Program-made: the position numbers and the translations under genes
Assembly (NCBI GenBank): GCA_000165425.1
Contig: CT868108.1
Span: 124,001-188,000, forward strand
Length of the DNA: 64,000 nucleotides
Direction: 5' to 3'
Source of the DNA: Paramecium tetraurelia
Lineage: Eukaryota
Part shown: positions 14,353 to 28,300 of the stretch, piece after piece
Layout of the letters: every line of letters begins with the position of its first letter
Numbering within the stretch: position 1 is the first letter of the stretch
Notes under the pieces: generated by a model
What the model saw: only the letters and a program-made list of their open reading frames with translations
Database searches by the model: none
What the model was told of the DNA's origin: nothing

Positions 14353-16286
14353 ATGTTTATTATTTTAATCGAAAGCGTAATTATATTTTCAGGGTTGGCT
14401 GTCCATCACCATCACAAACAAGAGCAACTACTGTTGCAGACAGGCACGTAAAATTTGATTTACAATTCAGGATGGGATTGGGAGATGAATTATCAAATGA
14501 AGTAGATAGAATTAAAGTGTCACTAAAATTATAAAATAAAGCATTAGCCAAAGAACTGCGAGGGGCCACTGAAGAAAGAGCTGACAACATTTCTGAACTG
14601 TCTTCTGATATCAAGACTATTCTAGATAAAATGGCATATGTCACTGATAATAAGATGACCAGAATCAATGATAGAGTTCAAGAGCACATCTATTAAACAG
14701 AGGCAATTTCCTTAATAATAATCATGGATTAATTGGATAAGAAAGTTTAAGAATTGGCAGGAATCAAATAATAGATCAAATAACTTAAAGCCAAGATTCC
14801 AAAGCTTTCTGATAAATGCAGCAAATTTTACACTTGTTATGAATGTTTATAGGATGAGAGTTGTGGATGGTGTTCGATGGAAGATAAATGTGTTGAAGGA
14901 GATGAGAAAGGACCACAAAAGATCAGTTGCAATTTCTATAGTTATAAATAATGTAATGGGAGACAATGTCATAAATACAATACATGTGCAGTATTATATT
15001 GAATGTTATATAAGACATGCATAGCCGATCCCTCATGTGGTTGGTGCATTGATGACAATCGATATATGTCAGGATGTTTATAATAACCCTATGATTATTA
15101 GGGATGTCCTAGAAATGGGTGGTTCCATTTAGAAAGTCGATAGAATTCTTGTCCATAATAATTGAGGAAGGTCTATGAAGAGGAATTTGATGAAAATTCT
15201 TATTGGTCAAAACCACTTGAAGATTCTGCTTACATTGATGAAGAGGAGAGTAATGAATAGGATAAGAATAATGCTCTGAATGGCAGAGGAGGAGTAGAGG
15301 AGAGTGAATCTAATACAGAATATAATAAGAAGTAATAACAGGTGGTTAGTCAAATTAAATAATTAGAAGCTTTGGTCAAAGAGATTGAAAAGGAAATCGA
15401 AGCCTTATAAAAGAGATATCAAGAGACAGTTGAATGGTTAGATAAGTTCAATAAGGGAGAAGAGGGAGAAGGAGAATAATAGTAGTAATAAGAGGAAGAG
15501 CAATAATAAGAATAGTAAGAGGAGACTCAATCAACATAGAATGAAGCATAAAAGAAGAAGGAAGAGAAGGCAAAGAAAAAGGAAGAGAAAAAATAAAACG
15601 ATTAAGAAAGTAAAAAGAAGAAAGAGGAGGAAAAAAAGAAGAAAGCAGAGGAGGAGAAGAAAAAGAAAGAGGAGGAATAAAAAAAGAAAGATGAGGAAAG
15701 AAAGAAGAAAAAATAAGAGGAGGACGAGAAGAAAAAGAAGAGGAAAGAAGAGGAGGATGCCAAAAGGAAGAAATTATAGGAAGATTTAGATAAAAAGAAA
15801 TAGGAAGAAGAATAAAATGAGGAGGCCAGGGATTCAAATGAGTAGGAGTAATAGTAAGAAGATGGAGATGCAGAAGGCAATCATGGAGATGCAGATAATA
15901 ATGAAAGTAATAATGCTTCTCATAGTGATGAAACAAATTAAGAAACTGCACAAGAAGGGGATGATCAAAGCGATTAATCACAAAAGAAGAGTAAGAAATC
16001 ATCAAAAGGTGGAGATTCCAAAAATAAGGCAAAAGATAAATAAGGCTCGAAAGATAAGGAATCTGAATAAGGGGACGAGTAAGGAAATGAGGAAAAAGAA
16101 GAAGATAAAAGAGAGATTCCAGATTCTTACTTCAGAGAACCACAATTATAAAATAAGAAGTGGGAGGACTTTTACAATGGCAATTTTAATTTTATTGCCT
16201 AAGAATAGGAAGTTGATGATGATGAAATGTAATTTGACTCGATAGATATTGTTGATGAATTTTATGATCCTTTTCATTTAAATTGA
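14353..16286 (+). CDS. Second tandem secreted PSI-domain protein with long Glu/Gln-rich tail (ND7/ND169-like)
   Basis: Signal peptide, coiled coil, PSI repeats CSKFYTCYECLQDESCGWC...CVEGDEKGP, then an E/Q/K-rich region; TGA at 16284-16286. Confidence 0.8.
15440..16130 (+). repeat. Purine-rich low-complexity tract (GAA/GAG/TAA codons) encoding a Glu-rich region
   Basis: Almost entirely A/G runs inside the second PSI gene. Confidence 0.8.
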
Positions 16287-16533
16287 CTTTATATATATAT
16301 CATAATTTTATTGAAAAATATATATTTTTCTATTATTATTTGTCCTTTGATTCAACCAATATCTTTTTCTATATTCTTTGCCATAATAAGGAATTCTAAT
16401 ATAAATTCTAAAGTCACTTTAATAATGCGTATTATTTGAGTATTTATAACTTAAATCAACGAAAGGGGGTATTCAAATTTGAGAACAATTTAGGAACATT
16501 ATTTTCAAATAACATATTGAAAATAGAAGGAAA

Positions 16534-18142
16534 ATGAACAAGTACCCAACAACCAATCCTGTGGAGGAGTTCAACAGAAACGTTACAATAACAAACCTAA
16601 AAATTAATCATTTAGAGTACAGAAATGTGGAAGGAAAAGTAGGAATTTTAAAATGAATTTAGAACTTGTTTGAGAGAGTGAAAGGCTATTAAGATCTAAT
16701 TGGGCAATTCAGAAAACAAAAGATTATACTATATGAAAGGAGAAATATGTCAGCCCCAGGACAGGAATGTTACGGTATTTAAAGATGTTAATTGTAGGAA
16801 TGGACGATTATGGGGATATATTCTATGGGATCAACTTTGCATCTGCAGACTATTTGGGTTTATGCACTAATGAGTAAGCCAAGGTACATAAATTAAACAA
16901 CTAAAATAGGAAGCAGCAGCAACGGCAGCATAAGAATATTCTGTAAATTCTTGTGGAGCACCATTAGCTTTTGGAGCATCAAAATATTACATGTAATTGA
17001 AGGAAGAACTAAAAGATTATTGGAATATGAAGGAGGTGATCATATATAGTGCTGGTTGGTTGGCAGGATATGGAGTAGTAAAGGGATTAATAAGGTAATT
17101 ATTGAATATTGATGAATATATAGACCATATGATTTTGTAATAATGGACGAATTATGTCACAATTGTTTAACTGAAGGAGCTCATGCAGCAACCAAGAATG
17201 TGTTTAGAGTAACTCACTTGAGTCTCGAAGCAATGGAGAAGAAGATTTCTGAAGTTCGATCGGATAATCCAGAAGCATGCATTTTAGTTGTGACAGAAGG
17301 TCTGTTCAGTATGGATAGTGATTACACTGATTTGGTGGCTTTGTAAAAGATAACTTTGAAATACGAAGCATTTTTATTGATAGATTGTGCCCACGACTTT
17401 GGATGTATGGGTAAAACAGGTAATTAATATTAGTATGAATTTATATAGGAAAGGGAGTGTTTGAAATCTAAGGACTGAAAGACTTTTCCAATGTTCTCTT
17501 GATGTCTGGAGGATCTAAATGTCTATCCACCAATGTTGGATGGGTAGCCTGCAATTCTTTTGAGGTCATTGACTATCTTAAGTTCTTCTCTTCTGCTTAT
17601 ATGTTTACTAATTCTGTAAACCCTGTTTAATGTGCCACTGCTTTGGCATAACTCAGAATCTTAAACAGTGAAGTGGGTGTTAGATTGAGAACAAAAGTGC
17701 TTGAGAACTATCACTATATGAAGAAGGAATTGAATTCTAGAAATTACAAAATCTTGGGATATCCTTGTCCCATTCTACCATTATTGATTGGAGATGAATT
17801 AACATGCAGAATTGTGACTAGATTAATGCTTGATGAGGGTATTCATTGCAATGGGATTGAGTATCCTATTGTAAAAATGGGATAGGCTCGTTTAAGAGTC
17901 AATCTTTAACCTCAACACACCAAAGAGTATTATTATTTATAATATCTTCAAGTCAAATGGATACTTTCATTGAAACCTTTGATTTCTGCTTCAAAAAGGC
18001 TAACAAATTAACTCAGGACTCGCTTGAAAGATATCAACTTTATTTGGAATAGTAGGAACAATAATAACAACATACCAAAAATAATTTAAATTAAGTAAAC
18101 TTCAATGAGACCAAGATGGAACTCAAGAAGCCAAACTTATGA
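16534..18142 (+). CDS. PLP-dependent alpha-oxoamine synthase (BioF/KBL/SPT/CqsA family, class II aminotransferase)
   Basis: INFASADYLGL, DELCHN, VVTEGLFSMDSD, IDCAHDFG, PLP lysine in GGSK, YPIVKMGQARLR; about six tiny introns. Confidence 0.9.
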
Positions 18143-18234
18143 TTATAATTATTAAATAATTTAAATTTAAATATTTGTAATTCCAACTTTTGCATTTTCT
18201 TTGATATTATTTACATATATAAACTAATTTAAAT

Positions 18235-20279
18235 TCATCTAATATGCATATTGATTCTTTATTCAAATTTCTTCTTTGAATCATCTATTTTGGTTTATTA
18301 TTGTGGAATTGTAAAGAAATACTTTTGATTGATTTTATTTTTGCCATTACCAACCTTTTGTATCCAAATTAGATTCAAAACTTCTTGGCTTCTCACATCT
18401 CTAAACAATTTCAACACAGTAATCAGAGATAGATACTACAACATAGCTGAGATATATAAATAACAAAGAGTTCCTACATAAATTGTATCAATACTTACCT
18501 GCAGCTGTTTTTAATAGATCTGTTAGCAGGATCACAATAGATAATGAACCGAAACAAATCTCCAAGAATACTCCTGCATAAATTAAAATTTGTATTTTGA
18601 TGATCACTTTTTTATCTGCATTAAGATTTGCTGTTCTTATTTATTTCTATTATGCCATTATTTCTTATTGATAGTCCTCTCCCGATAAAACCTTAGTTTT
18701 CCGTTCGTCATTGGCTTGAGGATCGAATAAAGTCTCCCTATTATTAATCTTTAGAGTGGCCTTCTTAAACTTCTTTGTCTCAATTACTTACTATTTAGTT
18801 TTCTCTACAATCTTTATTTGCATATTCTTAATCTTTCTAATATTCTACCTATTTTTATCAATGTCCCACTTTCCATCCTCCTAATTGGTATCGTCATCTT
18901 CATTCAGTAAACAAGAATTAACTTTCTAATGAAATACTCCCTCATCTTTAGAACTCTATGACTCTTCACTCACTATTGTTTTCAAATGATTCTTCTGTAC
19001 ATCTTTATTAGGTTCTAAATCATAGGAACTTTGAACAACTTTGATTTTGAATGGTTGATCTGGTATTTCATTCATTGAATTCTGTTGTTTCTTAAAAGAG
19101 ACAGACTTTTTAATATTGGAAAGATTTAATTTTTCAATTGAGACAATAGCTCTCAAAGTCGACACTTATTCATTGTTGTCCTCACTTCCACTCTAGGAAC
19201 TCAGTCTCAATACTTATTAATCTTGAGTCTCTGGGGATTAAAGTTATTCATCCTATGGAACTCCTAGTGAACTCTTTGAGAATATAATCTTTTCAAGTTG
19301 TTAAATTTCTTACTTATTGCTGCTAATTTCCCTGAGCGGATTGATCCTCATTATTCTTCTCCACTTCTTCTATGTTCTTCTCCCTGCTATCCCTGTCCAA
19401 CTTCCTTAATTGAGATTCGATGCATTGATTCAGCAATTTTCCATAGAGAAAGAATTCAAATATGAAGGAACTTTGTATATTAATTTCAATATTACATGAA
19501 ATTCAACAGTAAAATTGCATATGCTATGTAAAGAATAGTTTTATATTACTAACTTAATCTTAATCCTAATTAGATAATCGAGTTACCATTTAATGTACTG
19601 ATTGTTAATTGTATCAAAAACACAAAGAAGAGCCTTATTTTCATGATATCTTTATAGTATACGAATATCCACTTTCTGGTTTCAATTTTTAATTCATCTC
19701 TAAATAATTATTGAGATTTCGAATTGTTATTTCTTTCTATAACATTGAATGAGATTTCATCGTACATGGTGTACCAAACCATTAATAAGATTCCATAGAT
19801 GTAGAACAGGATTGTGTACACTACTTCTGCGAGGATTCTTTCAAACACCCTTTTGTCGCCATCCTACCTTATTGATGAATGTTACAAATGGTTGGAATGG
19901 ATCCAATATGAGCCATACGATTTTTAAAACATTGAATAGGAGTGTTAAACACAGAATGCAATTTAATGGAGAACCCAGAAAATTCTTCAGATAACTCAAC
20001 CCTCTATAAAGCATAATTATCTGTTTAGTACCTTTAATAAGTTGGGATTTTATTGGTCTTTAGAGATATTTGAAGTTGTTAAACGGTGAAAACTAGTAGC
20101 AGCATAAAAAGAATCAGAAACAATCCGATAAATGTAAAATAAGAGGCAACATGAAGTTCCTCTAATTTTTATGAGCAATCCACTCCAAAATAGCCTAAAT
20201 CGCATTGGCAAGTTTATTCAAAATACAATCCTCTTCCGTTACAATTTGAATTATCTAATTCTGTTTAAACGGAACTCAT
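18235..20279 (-). CDS. EGF-like domain + 7-TM receptor-like protein with long intracellular loop
   Basis: N-terminal CNGRG...CQCDLGYFGVDC, five hydrophobic helices, a long charged loop (about 18650-19430), then two more helices. Confidence 0.7.
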
Positions 20280-20717
20280 ATTAATGTTATAATAATCATT
20301 TATAATATCTAAAACTTCAATTTCAACTCAACTTTTTCCACCTTACACTTTAAACCACAAATTACTAACCCCAGTAAACAAGAGACCTCTATAATATTGC
20401 TGGGTATTCAATGCAAAATTTGAAATTCCAAAGACTAGCTACACATTAAATTGCAACATTAATTACACATGCACAAATAATAGTAAATCCAATATTTTAT
20501 AATAATGTATAAAATTAAAATCTTTTCGGCAATACTATAAGTCTTTCTTTGAGTATTTCTAAACGCAAATGGGATTGTCCGTCTATTTTAAAAATAGGAA
20601 TTAATAATGACGATTAATTATGAGGATAATATCGAAAATACTCTAGTGTGAAGAACGCTGTCTAAAAATACAATAAAATCATTTAGATATATTAATTTTA
20701 TTACATAACAATAATTG

Positions 20718-22307
20718 ATGGGTTGTGTAGTACCCAAAGCTCAGGAAAAGTCAACCGATTCTAAAACTCCTAAAACTTCCAGTGCCGGTTAACCATTTTC
20801 ATAAGCAGTGAATGCTTCCTCTGTATTTGAGGATACTGAAAATATAGAGACAGATTATATTCTCCATAAGTTGGACCCACTCACCAGTATTGTGTATGTA
20901 TATTACGATAGCTCAAAGAAGTTATATAACGAAGGGGGTTTCCAAGTAAAATAGTACCTCTAGAATTGTAAGAACCTACAATTGCGAAAATATTAGGAGT
21001 GAATTACTTTAGGAATTTGAGGAGAATGTAAATACTGTATTGTAATTGGTATTGGCTGTGTTTAAAACTTTAGAAACATTTGAACATCCAAGGGACTATG
21101 TCATACTACTGTAATAAGAAAAGATTAAGTCTGATAGGTGAATACCTTGAAGGTGGGAATTTGTTGTTGAAATTGGACGTATTTAGTCAAATGCAACAAT
21201 TTGCAATGATTGAAATATTTTGTTAAATAATGGCTGGATTGCAGTACTTACATGAGAATTAAATCGCTCATGGGTAGATATATTATGTTAAACATAGGGA
21301 TATTCGTTTAGAACATATCATCTTTACAAATAAATCATTGGACAAGATTAAATTGGTGGATTTTGGTATTTCCAATTAAATGAAATCTTTAAGTACAAAC
21401 TGGAAAGCAGTATCATCAATGCACGAATTGTCATTTAGATCACCTGAGGCTCTTAAGGGCCAAATAACGATGAAATCTGACATATGGTCATGTGGTTGTC
21501 TTCTCTATTTCTTCCTTACATCTCACATGCCTTTTCAAGCAAACAGTATCCAGTCCTTAAGAAATTCCATTCTCAGGGGAGTGCCTAACTTTGAAGGTTC
21601 TGAGTGGAACAACATTGATCCTGCTCTGAAATACTTGATTAGTAAGATGTTACATCCCAATCCATCATAGAGACCGTCTGCTCGATAGGTTTTGAATCAT
21701 AATGTGTTTGTTGGGAGAGCTCGGATTCTCTAGAATCCCAACAAGACATTGCAAAGACATATGCGTGATTTCAAAGTATTCATAAAGATATAATATGAAG
21801 ATATCATCTCAGTTGTAAACGGCAATGTTAATTTATATTGCAGATAATTTGATGTCTGATTAGGACAAGAAAAAGTTGATGGATGAATTTATGAAATTTG
21901 ATTTGAATAATGATGGCTAATTGTCAAAGGAGGAGTTGTTGAGTGTCTATTCAAGGACATTGTCACATGACAGAGCATTAAAAGAAGTCAATAATATATT
22001 TAAGAAGATAGATGTAAATGGTAGTGGTAAAATAGATTACCAAGGTATTACTTAATTATGAAAAGCAGAATTTGTGATAGCAACCATAGATCAGAAGAAA
22101 TATTTCAACAAAGAAAAGTTGATGCTCATTTTCTAGTAAATTGACAGCGATCACAGTGGCTAATTGAATAAAGAGGAGCTTAAGAAATTGTTGAGGGATA
22201 TGTCGATACCAATAAAAAAATACGAATAATTATCGAGATAACTAGATTCAAATGGAGATGGCTAAATCAATTAGGAAGAATTCATAGGAATGATGCTTCA
22301 AATTTGA
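20718..22307 (+). CDS. Divergent CDPK-like protein (probable pseudokinase) with 4 EF-hands
   Basis: MGC N-terminus; HGDIRLEH, DFG, SPE, DIWSCG; EF-hands DLNNDG, DVNGSG, DSDHSG, DSNGDG. Confidence 0.85.
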
Positions 22308-22396
22308 TTTGGACTTCTTCTTTATAATTAATTTATTATAAAATAGATTTAATTAATCTCTTAAATTCAATCATTCTATAAGATATATATATTTAA

Positions 22397-25300
22397 TCAT
22401 ATTGCAGTTTCTAAGAAGAATCCAGTAATTGTTGTATTGATTGAGGGAATATTTATTAATTTTCGTCCATGGAATATATAATCTTATGGGAAGTTCTCTT
22501 CAATTAATTTCTTAGTAGTTTCTGATATCAGTACTTTACCCTCCTCTGAACTGCTCTCCATTTTATTTGCAATCAGAATGTCCTTTCCGTACACATCATA
22601 TCTAATGATATCTGTCCCTATGATACCCCCAATCACGTTACCCTACAAAATAAACCCTTAAAAATACCGTATGTATTCCAATCCTCATATGAAGATCCTG
22701 ATACTTAATTTAATTTCTAACTCTGGTTATGGCTTCCAACATATTGAGACTCATTTCCACCACATTTAATGCTTCTTGAATTGGGTCTCTTTTGAAATTG
22801 TCAGTTACTCCTATCACCACATAGCAATCTCCAATGGTGTATAATTTGAATACATTGTTCACTTAAGTCAGTGTATCAAACTCATCGAATAAATTCTTAA
22901 GCATAGAGACTACTTCCTCAGGTTACACACTTGATGAATATTTTGTGAATCCAGCAATATCTGCAAACAGGATTGTACAATCATTGTAGACATCAGAGAA
23001 ATACCTTGCACTTGTGGAATCATCCAAGAACTAACTCAACACATGAATTGGCAATAAACAACTTAGGAGATTAATTTTATCTTCCTTCTTTATTTCTATT
23101 TGTTCTTAATTGAGCATCTACTTATAAGAAAACAAATAGCTTAGCAGTTCTCTTTATAACAATAATGCAATCGAAATTAGTAAGAAGAATACTTCCCAAA
23201 TATTTATTATAAAAACTGAGCTGATGATAATCAACCAAACTGTAAACATGAAGGCACAAATTAATATCTTCTCTTAAACATAGAGCCATTTATGAGCAAA
23301 TAGAAGACAACTAGTTATTATCGATTCTATCGATAAGATTACTGATTTGTCTTTATCCTAATCATAGAACACTCCTAATATGACACATTAAGATACTAGT
23401 TGAATTATAATCACTTTTAGTAATCTTTCTCGTTTCCATTCAAAAAAGTGTGCTTTCAACAAGTATAACTCAATTAAAATGAAAAAGCATCCTAACGCTC
23501 TTATTACTGCCTATTGAGTATTTACTTATTGCAATTGAGATAGTATTATAAAAAGGATGTGTATTATTAGGAGAAGCAATAATGATACCACAACACTATT
23601 GATACCATTCTCTAATTCCTTTCCATAATATCGAGTCACATTCTCACTATTCTTAAATGCCTCGAATAAAAACTCTTTCGATATCAAATGCCAATTGTTA
23701 TTGTTATTCTCCTACAAAGTTGGACTTCTGCCTTCATACAAGAATTCTTAGATCTTAAACAAAGGGATAGTCTTATTGAAAACTTCCGGCTTTGATTTTA
23801 TGAATAACTCTATATCATTAAATTTGATCACTCTTATCGCAGAATCAATAAACTTCTTCTAGTCATCCCTTCTGCAATTAAATGGAGTTTGGTCTTTGAT
23901 CGAAGAGTCCATGACATTCAAAGATTGATCTAAAGGGATATCAGGGATGCCGACCAAAATATTCTAATTTGAGGGATCCTACTATGGGAGATGTATTGAA
24001 GATTATTATTAATATTTATCGATTTTTTCTAATTGCATTGACATTTATTAATTCTATTGCTGTTGACTGAAGATAGATTTTTAAGGAACTAATTTAGTAT
24101 TAGGACCAAGAGGATTAATATTTTATTACAACAAATGAGGAGATTGGATTTGATTCAAAGTTGACAAATTGGCTTAATTGTTAATTAAATTTCTCTTTGT
24201 ATGCTTCCTGAATAATTGCAATTAACTAGCTGTAAAATTGAGAGTAGGAGTCTTCTAAGGAATTACTTATTATTAGGTGGATGAAATCAATTAATTTGGT
24301 TGTAGCAATCCCTAATTATTTTATGGCTAATTTAATTGTTAAAGATCGTCCTATTTCATAGAATTTAACTTATTGGTTAAATTTCTAGTAGTCTTCTATC
24401 TGATGGCTGCTATGCTTGCTTGATTTTGATTCTTAAAAGAGTTTTGTTACTATTCATTATTCAAGACAAATTTCAATTTTTAATCAATATGTGGCATTTC
24501 TGACTTTTTTTATTTGTTATTAAAAGATTGTTCGAAATTTCTTTTCTTTTCAATCAAATAGGTATCTATGATTCCCTTACCCTTAGCTTCAATTTTATTA
24601 TTAGTGAATTTAATTGATTTCACATTTTTAATTTGATCAAAAGCCTGAAGAGATATTTATATCAAACCTTCTGGACAATGAGCACATAATCTACTAGTCG
24701 TATTGACGGTGTCTCCAATCAATGAAAATTACGGCTTTATTGATCCAATCACACCCATTAGAACTCTACCATAATGTATACCTATTTTCAATCCAAAACT
24801 CTTTTGATTGGGTCCCCATTTAAAATGAGTAATTTCTTATTGAATCCCAAAGGCTAACTCTACCAACCTTTCGATAGGGTTCTTCAGATGACCCTTAGGT
24901 TAGAATTTCTCTACACATTACAAACCTGAACATGCCATGTAGGTCTTTCCAACAGTCTCTATTTTTCTGACAATTAGTCGATGAACAGATTTAATCAAAT
25001 TGTCGATAGATGTTATCCATCAATTACACTATATTTTGAGCCTCTTCACTTACTATCACATCAAAACTGCACATGTCCACAAAGATTATGCCTACCAATC
25101 CTTGATTCTCTGAGAAATTCAAATTGCCTTAATCAAGTCTACCCAATACAAATGGAGGCAACAACAACGACATTACAGATTAATACTTTGATCTCTCAAT
25201 TTCCAATACTTTTCCACAAATGTAATCCTCTCGTTGTGTTACATCATCCTGATAACGAGATTATAAAGATATTATGCTGAAGGCTACAAACAATACTATT

Positions 25301-28300
25301 ATTTCTCCCAAATACACATCTTCTGCATTTTACATTTTGTTTGCATATAGCATCACTATTCCAGATATCAATGTCATTATTTGTTGAATCACTATAAAAC
25401 TGTACTTGTAATTGATTTGTTGAGTTAACGAAAAAATTACCAAGTAATAAAAGATGAATGCATAAAATTAACTATCATGATCGTAGACATCTACACTTAT
25501 TATGAATAAACGAAATATGGTTTAAAAGAATCCAAAATAGATTATCAACTTTTCATATTTTGGATAACATGATTAATTAATAAGAAACGCTTAGCAAAAA
25601 GTCAATATCAGCATTATGGAAAACAAGGCAGTATTAATCTATTCGAATCTCAATCCATAATGTATCAATAAAAATATATCGAGGCCAAAGAAATAACTTA
25701 AATTTGTTATGATCCCAATGAATTTCCATTTTGAAATGTACATCTATATGAATTCTTAATTATAAATATGTTCTTCGAAATTCAATGTATAATTATTTAA
25801 TTAAATTAATTGATTCTTGTTTTCTCCCTTATTGAATATCTGTTTCACTGACAAATCGATTTCAGAATCCTTAAACACCTTCTTTATTAAATATTAAATA
25901 TTCTTTATACTCTGCAATTCCTTTGAAATTATTTCCAATATTAAATTAAAATCTATATCCTATTAGGATCTCTCTAAAAAACAATTGTACAAATAAATGC
26001 TAAACTATCCAAACAAATTAACCACTATTTTCATTGCCAACATCATTAAAAATGACATTATTGTTGTAGGTTAAATTAAAAACTCTCTCAATATTTCGTA
26101 ATCCAAATTAATCATCTCTATTGTTATGTGTAACAGTATCAATAATAAGGTACTCAAAGACAAGAATAATGCCAAGTAGAGTTCTTTTGATAAAAATGCC
26201 AATTTAAAGAGATGAATTATCAAAATAAAACTAAAAAATAATGCAATTTCTTCTTTTGTATTGTAGACTCCTATTTGAATATCATTGATATAAAAGATGT
26301 ATTTTACGATTGTTATTAGTACCACATCCATAATTGTTTCTAATAATAATTCTACAATGTGATTATTCTCTAAATCAAGGGATTTCTGTTTGATTGTATT
26401 TATTTTCACACTCAAATATTCTTATTCTACGAATATTGTCTTTATTGCATATGTTAACAGTATTGCTGGCACTAATATTTGCAATATTAATAATCTATCC
26501 TTCGAGAGCAATTAACCATTATAATATGGAAAGCAATAGAATGTCATTTGCAATAATGCAAAACATAGGTTCCATTGAATGCATATGCGTTAAGTGGCAT
26601 CCTTAATTTAAAATAGTTGAAATCCAGTTTTAATTACTAAATTGTCAAAAACCTCTAACTCATCAATATTTATTGAATATTAATTAATAAAGCCCATAAC
26701 ATCTGATTCGATTTCATCATGTCTCTAATAAGAGAAATTACTCATCTTTACTAAACCATGTGATCCTGCACTATAATTAACACATAAGGATGAAGAATAT
26801 TCACTATCATAAGCAGTTAAAAAATTCAATAATTTCTACTTCAAATTGTTGTTCATATTATAAACAATAATGATTTTATTAAAATGAATAATAAATCCAA
26901 AATGATTATTGAGGTATTTGTCATTTAAGATTAAATCCAACACATTTCCATCGATAATCAAAGCATTGTTATTGATCTTAATTTTATCAGTTTAAATTTA
27001 TGCATTTCTGCGATTTAATTAATTTGAGCTTTTCTTTGGATCTTCCTAACTAAGACTGCTTATAATTTATCTAATTTGATAAAGGATATCATCTCTTGAT
27101 GAAGATTAGAAGATATAAGTAATTGTTTCATTATGCAGAACATTATTTTTAATACAAAATGGTAGAACTAATTCGTAAGGTTTTTCTGATTGAATAATAA
27201 TCCTTGCTCTATTCGTAATAAAAGACTCCTTAATTAGATCTTAATTATCATTCTAACTAATTCCGAACAGTCCAATAATATCATACTAATTTTCAGATAA
27301 TAATTCGATCAATTAAATAGTTTTCTCGTAATCATTAATGACCAAACTCTTAGATTCTTAGAGATCTTCTTATTTAATTGACATTTTCAAAAAGCAAACA
27401 ATAATATCTCCTCTATTTATTAAATATTGTATTTGTCTCTACAATAAAGTCTTCTTGACCAAGTCGAATTTCTCATATCCAGGAATATCGGAAATTGTAA
27501 CAATACAGAATCTACACAATAACACTAATTGATTTGATTCTTTAATCTAAAAATTATTATCCTAAATCATCATTGCTATAAATCTTGAGGGAATTTTAAA
27601 CATCTTATTGTTTTTAGTCTCATCATAATCAATAAACCCTTAATGATATAGTCGATAGTGAATTATATAAGGAATTTCTAAGTCATTAATCTTCAACACA
27701 TAACAAAGCTATTCTTGCTTATTATAACCATAAGTCTTATATGAAATTTTAAATAGTTTGCTCAATTTTAATAAGGCTTCGTCTTCTGCTAGAAAGTATT
27801 AATCAATGTTAAATTTAGGTTTTCTGATTCTTTCCCTTTCCGTAAATCCCAATTTGGAGTTTTTCTAAGATAGTCTGCTCTCTTCTCCAAGAGTCATCAA
27901 CTCACTTCTAGTTAGATGACACAAAGAAATGACACAAAATAATTCAAAATATTAGAAAGGTTAGCTTAGTCCTAATTCAACAAGTGTGTTTTCCCTAAAA
28001 ATTTAAACTTATTTAACCTGTTCTTCCTCAGGTTCCTGACTAACTTAACTATGTTATTGTTGATTTAGAAGATTCCCAGCTAAAGTGGATGAGATCAAAC
28101 CTCCTCCATCCATACTATGAAAGATTTCTAATGAGGGTCTGGCACTACTAGGATTATTGAGAATTGGAGAGTGTAGAGTTTAAGTATTCTATTTAATAAA
28201 TGGTCTCTTATTTCCAGTATCCTTAATAATGTTGAAATTGATTTATTAATGAGAAGTTATGCTTAATTTTTGAGGAGGCACATTGGGACTGATGGTTTCT

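Noticed and set aside
15448..16245. Lys/Arg-rich protamine-like and Ser/Phe-rich ORFs in the track
   Set aside because: Off-frame and antisense reads of the Glu-rich tail of the second PSI gene
21111..21137. GT..AG stretch that looks like an intron in the CDPK-like gene
   Set aside because: It reads in frame as CNKKRLSLIG and fills the expected kinase beta-strand, so it is probably coding
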